From a virus (Duplodnaviria; Caudoviricetes), in the IMG/VR virus record IMGVR_UViG_3300034073_000667, positions 1 to 58,956 of that record: a stretch of 58,956 nucleotides of DNA, one strand, 5' to 3'. A program made the position numbers and the translations under genes. The notes beneath the pieces are model-generated. The model was not told the origin of the DNA. It made no database searches and saw only the letters and a program-made list of their open reading frames with translations. Of this stretch, positions 9,798-18,591 are shown in pieces. The number at the start of each line of letters is the position of its first letter. Positions within the stretch are counted from its first letter, which is position 1.

Positions 9798-10605
9798 CGT
9801 TGTCAGCCGCGATCTGGTTCGTCCCTACCTGGGCGCGTCAGAGCAGCTCCTGGCCAACACCCGGGTGGAGTGCACCTTCAGCGTTGAACTGGCCGGCTCT
9901 GGTACTGCCGGGACCGCTCCTCGCTACGGCAAGGCCCTGAAGGCTTGTGGTCTGAGCGAAACGATCGTCGCCACCACAAGCGTCACCTACGCCCCGGTGA
10001 GCTCTTCCTTTAGCAGCGCAACCATCTATTACAACATTGATGGTGTTCTGCATAAGGTTACTGGTGCTCGTGGAACTTTTACCATCAATGGCACTGTTGG
10101 TCAGATTCCAACGATCGATTTCACTTTCACTGGCATTTACAACACGCCGACCGACACCGCTCTGCCGGCCGTGACCTATGCCAACCAGGCCACCCCTGTC
10201 GTGTTCAAGAACGGCAACACCACCGGCTTCGAGCTGCTGTCCTACGCCGGTTGTTTGCAGTCTGTAACGTTCGACGTGGGCAACACCCTGGTGTACCGCG
10301 AGCTCGTCGGTTGCACCAAAGAGGTGCTGCTGACCGATCGCGCCTCCACCGGCACGGTGGTTCTCGAGGCCGTCACCATGGCGACCAAGAACTACTTCAC
10401 TGCTGCTCTGAGCGACGGCAGCCTGGGCAACCTGCTGTTCCAGCACGGCCAGACCGCTGGCAACATCGTCGATTTCGCCTCCACCAGGATCGACATCGGC
10501 GACGTGTCCTACAGCGATCAGGACGGCATTCACATGCTGAACATTCCTTACACCGCTGTGCCTAGCACAAGCGGCAATGATGAATTCAGCATTGTTTATA
10601 CTTGA
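9670..10605 (+). CDS. Major tail tube protein (block A)
   Basis: ESSYGTDP N-terminus, GARG.FTI and LLFQHG motifs; strong codon bias; followed by a terminator. Confidence 0.85.
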   Translation: MALLTRKRLILLETESSYGTDPTPDGADAVLVRDLNITPLQSDVVSRDLVRPYLGASEQLLANTRVECTFSVELAGSGTAGTAPRYGKALKACGLSETIVATTSVTYAPVSSSFSSATIYYNIDGVLHKVTGARGTFTINGTVGQIPTIDFTFTGIYNTPTDTALPAVTYANQATPVVFKNGNTTGFELLSYAGCLQSVTFDVGNTLVYRELVGCTKEVLLTDRASTGTVVLEAVTMATKNYFTAALSDGSLGNLLFQHGQTAGNIVDFASTRIDIGDVSYSDQDGIHMLNIPYTAVPSTSGNDEFSIVYT

Positions 10606-10628
10606 TTCGGCAGGCAGGCCAATTCAAG

Positions 10629-10657
10629 AGGGGCGGCGCCATGGTCGCCCCTTTTTT
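10629..10657 (+). terminator. Rho-independent terminator
   Basis: GGGGCGGC-GCCATG-GTCGCCCC hairpin followed by TTTTTT after the tail tube gene. Confidence 0.8.
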
Positions 10658-10694
10658 ATTGCGTGTATGATTGGTGAGCAGTGCCTTCCAATCA

Positions 10695-11021
10695 ATGGCG
10701 TTTGTCCGCAAAAAGGTCAAGACTTTCAAATGGCCCGTTACCGTCGAGGAGCCCAGCGACGGCGGCACCTTCGATTCCAGCACGTTTGACGTTGTATTTA
10801 AGCGCCTTGGACGCAGCGAATTTAGCAAGCTATCCGAAAAGGGCGACCTGCAGCTGTTGAAGTCTGTGGTGCTTGGGTGGGACGGGATTACCGATGAAGA
10901 TGGCAAAGAGGTGCCATTCTCGATGGAAGCGCTGAAAGAATTCTCGGACGATCCCTATTGGATTCGAGGCGTGCTTAAGGCATACACCGAAACCTTTGAT
11001 GGAGCAAAAGCGGGAAACTAA
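10695..11021 (+). CDS. Tail assembly chaperone gpG-like (block A)
   Basis: ATG 10695; GWDGI.DEDG..VPFS motif; ends in slippery G GGA AAC TAA. Confidence 0.8.
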   Translation: MAFVRKKVKTFKWPVTVEEPSDGGTFDSSTFDVVFKRLGRSEFSKLSEKGDLQLLKSVVLGWDGITDEDGKEVPFSMEALKEFSDDPYWIRGVLKAYTETFDGAKAGN

Positions 11022-11374
11022 AAGAGGCCGCTATTTTTTGGACGAAAGGCGGCAAGCGTGTAGAAGATAAAACCGGGGAGGATGCAGCCGCATTTGGCAT
11101 TGTTCTCCCCGTCGATCCAAAGGAGTACGAGGAAGAACAATTTGAAGTGTGGGACGAGAACTGGGATATTGTTATGATGTTTTTACGAATGCAGACACAA
11201 TGGAATACCACAATGGCGGGCTACCTCGGGCTGAAGTACGAGGTGCTTCTGATGCCAGGTGGGCTGTTGGATCTATACTCGGTGGGTGATCGCCTCGAGA
11301 TGATGGAGGGGCTGCGGGCAATGGAAGCAGCCGCTCTCACCGAGCTCGCCAAGGAGAACAAGGATGGCGCCTAG
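11012..11374 (+). CDS. Tail assembly chaperone gpT-like -1 frameshift extension (block A)
   Basis: -1 frame is open from GGGAAAC (11012-11018) to 11374; VWDENW..FLRMQTQW..GLKY..MEAAAL (DUF1799-like). Confidence 0.75.
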   Translation, partial: GKLKEAAIFWTKGGKRVEDKTGEDAAAFGIVLPVDPKEYEEEQFEVWDENWDIVMMFLRMQTQWNTTMAGYLGLKYEVLLMPGGLLDLYSVGDRLEMMEGLRAMEAAALTELAKENKDGA

Positions 11375-14300
11375 GCAGATCACCGACATCCTGGTCCGCC
11401 TTGGCATTGAAGGTCTGCAGGGCCTGGACAAGGTCAGCAGCGCTTTCAAGGATCTGCAGAAGACCCTCGATGGGCCAACTACTTCAGCCATTGAGCGAGT
11501 TCGTCGTAGTATTAACGAATATAGCGATGCTTCGGCTCGCAGCGAACAACTAATCAAGGGCCAGCTTGAAGCGTTACGCGGTCTCAAGACGCAGGCTGAC
11601 ATCAATAGCGCGACGTATAGACGACTTAATGACGACATAAATAGACTTGAAACTGAAATGCGCGGCACTACCGCCGCCATTGATCAGCAGCGTCAAGCCG
11701 TTCTTGCCTCCACGTCTGCGTCGGAGCGCAATGCAGACGCATTACGTCGTCAGATTCAGGCGTTTGGCGCCCTTCAGCAGCAGACCAGGCCCGGGTCTTC
11801 CGCATTCGCTCAGCTCGGCAGAGACATCGAGACCGCTCGCACCCGCCTGACCGGTCTCACCACCGAAGCCCAGCAGTTCAGTCGCACGCTGACCGCCGGC
11901 TTTGGCGCCACACCAGAAATTCTCGCGAGGCAAATTTCAGTTCTTCGCCGTAACGTGACGCAATTGCGTTTTGACTCGGAGAAATATCTAGAGACCCTGG
12001 AGAGAATCCAGCTTCTATCAATGACGCAGGCCGGCAGAACCGGTCGAGCAAATGTTATTGCAGGCTTTCGCGCATATCAAAGCAGCGAATTTGCCCGTGG
12101 CTATGCAGCTCCATCAAGGCTGCCTGATCTGCCCAATACAACTGCAGCGCTCGAGCAGCAGTTGTCTGAGCTATCTGCGCAACTTAATAACGTTGAAAGG
12201 GGAAGCGCCGATTACACCCGTGTTTCGATGCAAATGGCAGCAGTTCAGCGTGAGCTGCGAACTGAGTTGCTTGGCACCGCCGAAGCCTTCAATCGCCTGA
12301 ACATCGCTCAAGCTGGCGCAGAGCGTCGAGCGGCAAAGCTGGAAACGATCCAGGAGTACTACCGGACTCAGGGCCCGATGGCGCCCGGTGTTGGCGGCTT
12401 CCGAGATCCTGCCACTGGCGCAATGATCGCCCGTGGCGCTCGCACGCCAGATCGCATCCGCGTTCAAGAGCAGGCATACGCACGGCCGATCGGTCCAGAG
12501 CCTTTCCCTGAAGCTGCTCGCAGGGCAGAAGAAGCGATCGACAGGTCGCTAAATGACGTAAACAAGATTTACGAAAACGCTCGCATTCAGCGGGCAGAGA
12601 TACAGTCTAAATACGATAATTTGCATATTGAAAAACTGCTTGAAGGGCTAGACCTTGAAGGACGCCTTAGGCAAAAGTCTTTTGATGATGAGCTTGCTGC
12701 TTTTGATCGTCAACTCGAGGCTCGAGATCGCCGCCGTCGTGGTCGCATCACACCGGGCCAAGCGGTGCAAACTGCCGGCGCCGTGATCTCTGGCGGTATC
12801 TTCGGCGGCCCAGAGGGTTTCCTGGGCGGATTAGGTGGCGCTGCACTTGGTGCCAGTCGCGCAATTAAAGGTCTTGACATGGTCGGCGGTTCATTTGCGG
12901 GCATTGCTATCGGTGCCCAGCTTGGAATGTTCAGGCAGCAAATTGCTGATACCGCTAATTATGCTGCGGAAATTCAGGGATTGCAAATTGCGCTTCGTGG
13001 GATCCTCGGCGATCAAAAATCTTACAATACGGCTATTGCCGCCGCTGCTGCTGCCACTAAAGAACTGAATATCCCTCAGGCCGAAGCTACTGCAGGCTTG
13101 ACTCGTCTTAGTGCTGCCGTTATTGGGGCTGGCGGCAATGTGAACGATTCGGTATTTGCTTTTAGGGCGATTGCCGAAGCTATCAAGGCTACAAAGGGAA
13201 ATGCCCAACAGGTAGAAGGAGCATTGCTTGCCTTGACGCAGGTTTTTTCTAAAGGAAAAGTTAGCGCCGAGGAACTCAATCAAATTGCTGAAAGACTTCC
13301 TGGCACTTTCACTCTATTTGCGCAGGCCACCGGAAGAACCGGGCCTGAACTCCAAAAAGCCCTCGAACAAGGTCAGGTTGGACTTAATGATTTAATGAAA
13401 TTTCTTGAGCTTGCAAGCAGCAAATATGGGCAAACTTCATTAAAAATTGCGAAGTCATCCGAAGAGGCCGGGGCTCGATTAAATAATGCATTCAACGATA
13501 TGAGGTTAAATGTTGGCAAGGCGCTGCAGCCATTGGGCGCACAGTTGCAAGAGGTATTTACCGGTTTCCTGGTATCAATAACACCTGCTGTTACTGCAAT
13601 TGCCAGGGCGCTTCCTTCTTTGGTCGACGGCTTCCGCAAGGCTTATCAGCAGGGCGGAATTCTTAAGGGGGTTGTGGACGGGCTCGTGGGCTCACTCGTT
13701 GTGTTTGCCGGATTGCAAGTGTTCGGAGCGTTCATTGCTGGCGCTAGAGCTGCTATTACTGTTACAGGAGCGCTTATCAAGGCCTTAAAAGCTCTTACTG
13801 CCGCTAATTTGCTTGCGGGCGCAGCTGGTTTCATAAAAAGCAAGCCAGGCGTCATTGCAGCACTTGTTGCGGGTTTGGGCGTTGGAATTGATGCGGCTTT
13901 CAATCAGGGCAAAATCGTAAAAGGAATTGCATCTGGAATCACTGGCGCCATTGATCAGGCGTTTAGCGGCCTTGGCGCAATGATGCCCGAAATACCGGCG
14001 CTTGACCTTTCTGGCGGCAGGACAAACTTCCGTCAGGGAGCTGGCGGCGGCGGTCGCGATGACAAGGCGGCCGCACGCGAAAGAAAAGACTTGTTCAATG
14101 AATTGCTTAATCAACTTAATGCTCAAAATGAAGTTCTGGCAAAGCAAGGTCGCTTAAACGAGTCGGTAGCAGAAACCGAATGGGCAAAAGCCGGTGCCGC
14201 ATTGTTTAATGCAGAAGAAATTTTGCGCAATGAACAGGCCCAGCTTGATTTGCGCTTGAAGTTTGGAGAAGTAAGTAAAAAAGTTTACGATGAGCAACAG

Positions 14301-15341
14301 AAGGCTATCAAGCTCGAAGGACAAACTGTTCGCCAAGAATTCAATAAAACAGTTAAGAAATTAAAAGAAGAAGCCGATGCTCTCCTAAAAGGTGTGACCG
14401 GCCCTGGCGGCGTTGCCGGTCCGACCGAGACCCCCCTTCAGCGTGCTTCTCGCGAGACCACTGAAGACATTGCAGAGCGTCGTGCTCGAGCGCTGCAAAT
14501 TGGTGGCCTAGCAGGCCAGGCTGCATTTGAAGGCCTTGGCGCCCTCGATGTGCGTCAGATCGCCAGCCGTAAAGTCGCGGGAGGAGAAGTCGCTGACTTG
14601 GAAAAGCAAATACGAGGTTTGCAGCAAATGGGAAAAGAGTTGAGCACTCTGGATCAGCTTAAGGAAAAATATTTTGAGGATTGGGATAGCCTCGACCCCG
14701 TATTGCGTCGTCAACTGGAACTTCTTGCTGCGCAGAAAGACGCCCTTGTGAAGCAAACGCAGGCTGCAAAAGACATGAAACAACTGTATTCCGACATTGG
14801 CATGTCGATCAAAGACGGAGTCGTCAGCGCAATTCAAGGAGCGATCGACGGAACGAAGAGTTTGCAGCAGGTAGCGTCCGATCTTCTTAATTCAATTGCG
14901 AACAGACTGCTGGACGTAGCGATAAACTTTGCATTGTTTGGAGTAATGTCTGGTACTGGCACCGGTGGCGGTCTGCTTGGTGGGTTGTTTAAGCCAAACG
15001 CAATGGGCAACGCCTACGCCAAGAACGGCATCGTCCCATTCGCCTATGGCGGCGTGGTCAGTCGACCGACCCTGTTCCCATTCGCCAAGGGCATCGGCCT
15101 CATGGGTGAGGCGGGCCCGGAGGCGATTCTGCCGCTGCGGCGCGGATCCGATGGCAGACTGGGTGTGTCCAGCAGCGGTGGCGGCAGCACGGTCGTGAAT
15201 GTCAGCGTGGATGCCAGCGGAACTGCTGTTGAAGGCGATGGCCCCGGCGCCAATCAGATGGGCCGGATCATCGGTGCGGCCGTGCAGGCTGAGATTGTCA
15301 AAATGCAACGGCCTGGCGGCCTCCTCGCGAACACACGCTGA
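11364..15341 (+). CDS. Tail tape measure protein (block A, 1325 aa)
   Basis: Long helical protein; tape-measure domain ALTQVFSKGKVSAEELNQIAERLPG; C-terminal MGEAGPEAILPL. Confidence 0.9.
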   Translation: MAPRQITDILVRLGIEGLQGLDKVSSAFKDLQKTLDGPTTSAIERVRRSINEYSDASARSEQLIKGQLEALRGLKTQADINSATYRRLNDDINRLETEMRGTTAAIDQQRQAVLASTSASERNADALRRQIQAFGALQQQTRPGSSAFAQLGRDIETARTRLTGLTTEAQQFSRTLTAGFGATPEILARQISVLRRNVTQLRFDSEKYLETLERIQLLSMTQAGRTGRANVIAGFRAYQSSEFARGYAAPSRLPDLPNTTAALEQQLSELSAQLNNVERGSADYTRVSMQMAAVQRELRTELLGTAEAFNRLNIAQAGAERRAAKLETIQEYYRTQGPMAPGVGGFRDPATGAMIARGARTPDRIRVQEQAYARPIGPEPFPEAARRAEEAIDRSLNDVNKIYENARIQRAEIQSKYDNLHIEKLLEGLDLEGRLRQKSFDDELAAFDRQLEARDRRRRGRITPGQAVQTAGAVISGGIFGGPEGFLGGLGGAALGASRAIKGLDMVGGSFAGIAIGAQLGMFRQQIADTANYAAEIQGLQIALRGILGDQKSYNTAIAAAAAATKELNIPQAEATAGLTRLSAAVIGAGGNVNDSVFAFRAIAEAIKATKGNAQQVEGALLALTQVFSKGKVSAEELNQIAERLPGTFTLFAQATGRTGPELQKALEQGQVGLNDLMKFLELASSKYGQTSLKIAKSSEEAGARLNNAFNDMRLNVGKALQPLGAQLQEVFTGFLVSITPAVTAIARALPSLVDGFRKAYQQGGILKGVVDGLVGSLVVFAGLQVFGAFIAGARAAITVTGALIKALKALTAANLLAGAAGFIKSKPGVIAALVAGLGVGIDAAFNQGKIVKGIASGITGAIDQAFSGLGAMMPEIPALDLSGGRTNFRQGAGGGGRDDKAAARERKDLFNELLNQLNAQNEVLAKQGRLNESVAETEWAKAGAALFNAEEILRNEQAQLDLRLKFGEVSKKVYDEQQKAIKLEGQTVRQEFNKTVKKLKEEADALLKGVTGPGGVAGPTETPLQRASRETTEDIAERRARALQIGGLAGQAAFEGLGALDVRQIASRKVAGGEVADLEKQIRGLQQMGKELSTLDQLKEKYFEDWDSLDPVLRRQLELLAAQKDALVKQTQAAKDMKQLYSDIGMSIKDGVVSAIQGAIDGTKSLQQVASDLLNSIANRLLDVAINFALFGVMSGTGTGGGLLGGLFKPNAMGNAYAKNGIVPFAYGGVVSRPTLFPFAKGIGLMGEAGPEAILPLRRGSDGRLGVSSSGGGSTVVNVSVDASGTAVEGDGPGANQMGRIIGAAVQAEIVKMQRPGGLLANTR

Positions 15342-15676
15342 TGGCGACCTTCGCTTATACGCCTAGCTTCAGCGCCGATCTCGAGGAGCAGCCTCGAGTC
15401 AAGTCCGTTCGGTTTGGTGACGGCTACGAGCAGCGGCTTGCCTATGGCCTGAACACGCAACCGAAAAAGTGGTCGCTGACCTTCTTGAACCGCACCGACA
15501 CCGAGCGGGACAACATCTTGGGATTCCTGCGGGCCCGGGGCGGCGTCGAGTCATTTGACTGGACTGACCCGGCCGGCTACGCAGGCAAATGGGTCTGCAA
15601 AGCATGGAACAATAGCCTGGTCAATTGTAATTTCAACAACATTACAGCTACATTCGAGGAAGTGTTCGAGCCCTGA
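15341..15676 (+). CDS. Minor tail protein M (distal tail), lambda gpM-like, copy A
   Basis: FGDGYEQR..GLN..W.LTF and FDWT.P motifs. Confidence 0.9.
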   Translation: MATFAYTPSFSADLEEQPRVKSVRFGDGYEQRLAYGLNTQPKKWSLTFLNRTDTERDNILGFLRARGGVESFDWTDPAGYAGKWVCKAWNNSLVNCNFNNITATFEEVFEP

Positions 15677-16569
15677 TGGCCTACGCAGCTTGGCAAGCCA
15701 GCACCGCATACGTCGTCGGTGACATCGTCCGCGCCACGACCACGCAGGTCAGCGGGCTGGTGTTCCGCTGCACTGTGGCAGGCACCAGCGCCAGCACGCA
15801 ACCGGCATGGCCGACCGACATCGGCAGCACCATCGCAGACGGCGGCGTCACATGGGCGGCGATCAGCAGCGTTTACGAAGAGCTAGCAGTTCTGGGTCCG
15901 AACGCGATCATCGAGCTGTTTGAGCTGCAGCTTGACACCACGCTGCACGGCGCCAGCACCACCTACTACTGGCACAACGGCGTGAACGCAGCCGTCACCG
16001 GCAACATCGTGTTTGACGGCAACACCTACGTCAGGCTCCCGGTCGAGGCGACGGGCTTTGATTACACCAGCTCCGGCAGCCTGCCACGTCCGACGCTGCG
16101 AATCAGCAACCTGTTCAGCGACATGACCACGCTGCTGCTGCTGGTCAATGCGACCACGCCCGGCAACGACCTGGGGGGCGCCACAGTGCGGCGGATCCGC
16201 ACGCTAAAGAAGTTCCTGGATGGCGAGGCCAACGCCGACCCTAATGCCCGCTTCCCAACGGAGATCTGGTACGTCGACCGGAAGTCGAACGAGAACCGCG
16301 ATCTGGTGGAGTTCGAGCTGGCCAGCAAGTTTGACCTAGCCGGCGTCATGCTGCCCCAGCGGCAAATCATCGCCAACGTGTGCCAATGGAAGTATCGTGG
16401 CGCTGAGTGCGGGTACACCGGCAGCAATTACTGGAACGTGAACGATCAGGTCGTTAGCACGCTGGCGGCTGACGTGTGCGGCAAACGGGTGGAGAGCTGC
16501 AAGCTGCGGTTCGGTGCAACGGCTGAGTTGCCGTTCGGAAGTTTCCCGGGGGCTGGACTTACCGCCTAA
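15676..16569 (+). CDS. Minor tail protein L with N-terminal CBM5/12-like domain, copy A
   Basis: IELFEL, PRPTL.ISN, VRRIRT..KFLD, FELAS..D and C-terminal Cys cluster (CQW.YR..EC..CGKR..SC..RFG). Confidence 0.9.
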   Translation: MAYAAWQASTAYVVGDIVRATTTQVSGLVFRCTVAGTSASTQPAWPTDIGSTIADGGVTWAAISSVYEELAVLGPNAIIELFELQLDTTLHGASTTYYWHNGVNAAVTGNIVFDGNTYVRLPVEATGFDYTSSGSLPRPTLRISNLFSDMTTLLLLVNATTPGNDLGGATVRRIRTLKKFLDGEANADPNARFPTEIWYVDRKSNENRDLVEFELASKFDLAGVMLPQRQIIANVCQWKYRGAECGYTGSNYWNVNDQVVSTLAADVCGKRVESCKLRFGATAELPFGSFPGAGLTA

Positions 16570-16575
16570 GGTATC

Positions 16576-17244
16576 ATGATAGGGAGTCCGACTGGTTTTA
16601 TCGTGTCCTTCGGGAACAGGTTCGTCGACATCACTGGCTATCGCTGTGGCTTGCTGGTGGCAGTGAGGCCAACCGCAGGGCGGAGCGGCAGCAGCGTGAT
16701 TTGGGAATGTATTTGCGATTGCGGCAACAAAAAACTCGCGTCTCAGGCACATTTACGCGCAGGAACCCCAAAGTCGTGCGGATGCCTGCCCAACCCGCTT
16801 CCTCCAATTACAATCAAACATGGAATGTTTGGCCATCCTCTTTACAAAACTTGGGAAGGAATGATGGCTAGATGCTACAACGAAAACAATAAAGATTTTT
16901 ATTTATATGGAGGAAGGGGCATTAAGGTTTGCGACCGTTGGCATGATCCCAAGAACTTCGCCGAGGACATGAATCCGCGCCCTGACGGCCATACGCTTGA
17001 TCGCATCGACAATTCGCGTGGTTATAGCCCGGACAACTGCAGATGGGCTACGGCCATGCAGCAGCACGCGAACAAGCGAAGCAATAAGCTGTTCACTATC
17101 AACGGAGAGACACTGCATCAGCGCGAATGGTGTAGGCGCTACAGCATCCCAGTGAGCACATTTACGAATAGGCTGAATGAAGGACTTGAGCCGTTGACTG
17201 CGCTCACGATGCCTTCCCGTCGTCCAAGGCGTGTCGCCAAATGA
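16576..17244 (+). CDS. Free-standing HNH homing endonuclease
   Basis: W.C.CDCG, KSCGC, YGGRGIKVC.RW and TLDRIDN..GY.PDNCRWAT..Q motifs; absent from the second L-K copy. Confidence 0.85.
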   Translation: MIGSPTGFIVSFGNRFVDITGYRCGLLVAVRPTAGRSGSSVIWECICDCGNKKLASQAHLRAGTPKSCGCLPNPLPPITIKHGMFGHPLYKTWEGMMARCYNENNKDFYLYGGRGIKVCDRWHDPKNFAEDMNPRPDGHTLDRIDNSRGYSPDNCRWATAMQQHANKRSNKLFTINGETLHQREWCRRYSIPVSTFTNRLNEGLEPLTALTMPSRRPRRVAK

Positions 17245-17954
17245 AGCTGACCGACACGCTCAAGGCTGACATCCTGGCGCACGCGCAGGCCGAGGATCCC
17301 CGCGAGTGCTGCGGCCTGATCCATGTGGTCAAAGGCCGGCGCCGCTACTACCCGTGCCGCAACATCGCCGCTACACCGGATGAGCATTTCGTCTTGGATC
17401 CGACCGACTACGCAACAGCCGAAGACCTGGGCGAGATCGTGGCCGTGGTCCATAGCCATCCGGTAACGCAGCCAGTGCCATCAGCAGCGGATCAGATCGG
17501 CTGCAATAACAGCGGCCTGCCGTGGGTGATCGTCAATCCAAAAACCGAAGCCTGGGGCGGCTGCGAGCCTGTAGCGTTTGAGCTGCCCTACGTCGGCCGT
17601 GAGTTTGTGTTCGGTGTGGTGGACTGCTATGCCCTAGTGCGGGACTGGTATAAACGCGAGTGGAGCTTGATGCTGGCAGATTTTGAGCGGCGTGATCGGT
17701 TCTGGGAGCGCGGCGAGAACCTGTACCTTGACGGCTATCGCTCGCAGGGGTTCAGGCCGGTGCCATTTGAGGAGTTGCAATACGGCGACGCGATCCTGAT
17801 GCAACTGTTGGCAGACCTGCCCAACCATGCTGCGGTCTACTTGGGCGACCAGCAAATCCTGCATCATGTGCAAGGGCGACTCAGTAGCCGCGACGTGTTT
17901 GGCGGTTACTATGTCAAGAGCACTGCCCTGGTCTTGCGGCATGAAAGTCGTTAA
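17241..17954 (+). CDS. Tail assembly protein K (JAB + NlpC/P60), copy A
   Basis: JAB motifs PRECCG and HSHP......S..D; NlpC/P60 motifs DCYALVRD and NHAAVYLG..ILHH. Confidence 0.92.
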   Translation: MKLTDTLKADILAHAQAEDPRECCGLIHVVKGRRRYYPCRNIAATPDEHFVLDPTDYATAEDLGEIVAVVHSHPVTQPVPSAADQIGCNNSGLPWVIVNPKTEAWGGCEPVAFELPYVGREFVFGVVDCYALVRDWYKREWSLMLADFERRDRFWERGENLYLDGYRSQGFRPVPFEELQYGDAILMQLLADLPNHAAVYLGDQQILHHVQGRLSSRDVFGGYYVKSTALVLRHESR

Positions 17955-18591
17955 GGTCTACGGCGCACTCCGCAAGCGACTCGGCCAGTGCCGGTTCGAG
18001 TTCGAGGTGGACACGCCCGCACAGGCGATCAAAGCGCTGTGTGTCAATTTTCCGGGTTTGGACAAGTGGCTGATCGATTCTGAGCAGACCGGAATGGGCT
18101 TCCGCGTTACCGTCGGCAAGGAGCGCATCACGCCCGAGGATGCCAGCGTGGCCGTGTTGCCATGGTCTGAGCGGGATGTGTTCAGCATTGCGCCTGTGAT
18201 GACCGGCGCTGGGCAGGGATTCGGACAGGTGTTGGCTGGGATTGGTTTAGTGGCGCTGGCGATCATTGCTGGTCCTGCTGCTGGCGGCTTTCTTGGATTG
18301 GGCGCCCAGGCTTTTGCAGGCGCTGGTTTTGTTTTGGGTGGTGCCGCTGCTACCGCAATTGGCGGCATTGGCGCGGCACTGGTGCTCGGCGGCGTCGCTC
18401 AGATGCTGTCCCCGCAGCCGGACATCTCAGCCCTGCAGCGCGGCAAGGAAGCCGCACGTCTGGAATCGTTCAGCTTCAGCGGCATTGTTAATACCAGCCA
18501 GCAGGGGATGCCGGTGCCGATTGTCTATGGCCGGGCTTTTGTCGGTTCGGCTGTCCTGTCTAGTGGCCTTGACGTGGCACAACTGAAATGA
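17941..18591 (+). CDS. Tail assembly protein I (ubiquitin-like N-terminus)
   Basis: ATG 17941 begins MKVVKVYGAL...G; IAPVMTGAG, Gly/Ala hydrophobic segment, SFSG..NT..QG.PVPIVYG. Confidence 0.9.
   Translation: MKVVKVYGALRKRLGQCRFEFEVDTPAQAIKALCVNFPGLDKWLIDSEQTGMGFRVTVGKERITPEDASVAVLPWSERDVFSIAPVMTGAGQGFGQVLAGIGLVALAIIAGPAAGGFLGLGAQAFAGAGFVLGGAAATAIGGIGAALVLGGVAQMLSPQPDISALQRGKEAARLESFSFSGIVNTSQQGMPVPIVYGRAFVGSAVLSSGLDVAQLK

Larger units (their letters stand above)
15660..17942 (+). repeat. Copy 1 of the L-K tail-tip duplication (interrupted by an HNH gene)
   Basis: 15660-16569 aligns with 57339-58248; 17241-17942 aligns with 58255-58956. Confidence 0.97.

Noticed and set aside
17827-17940. 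ORF-track N-terminal extension of protein I
   Set aside because: Lies within K; the ubiquitin-like domain starts at ATG 17941
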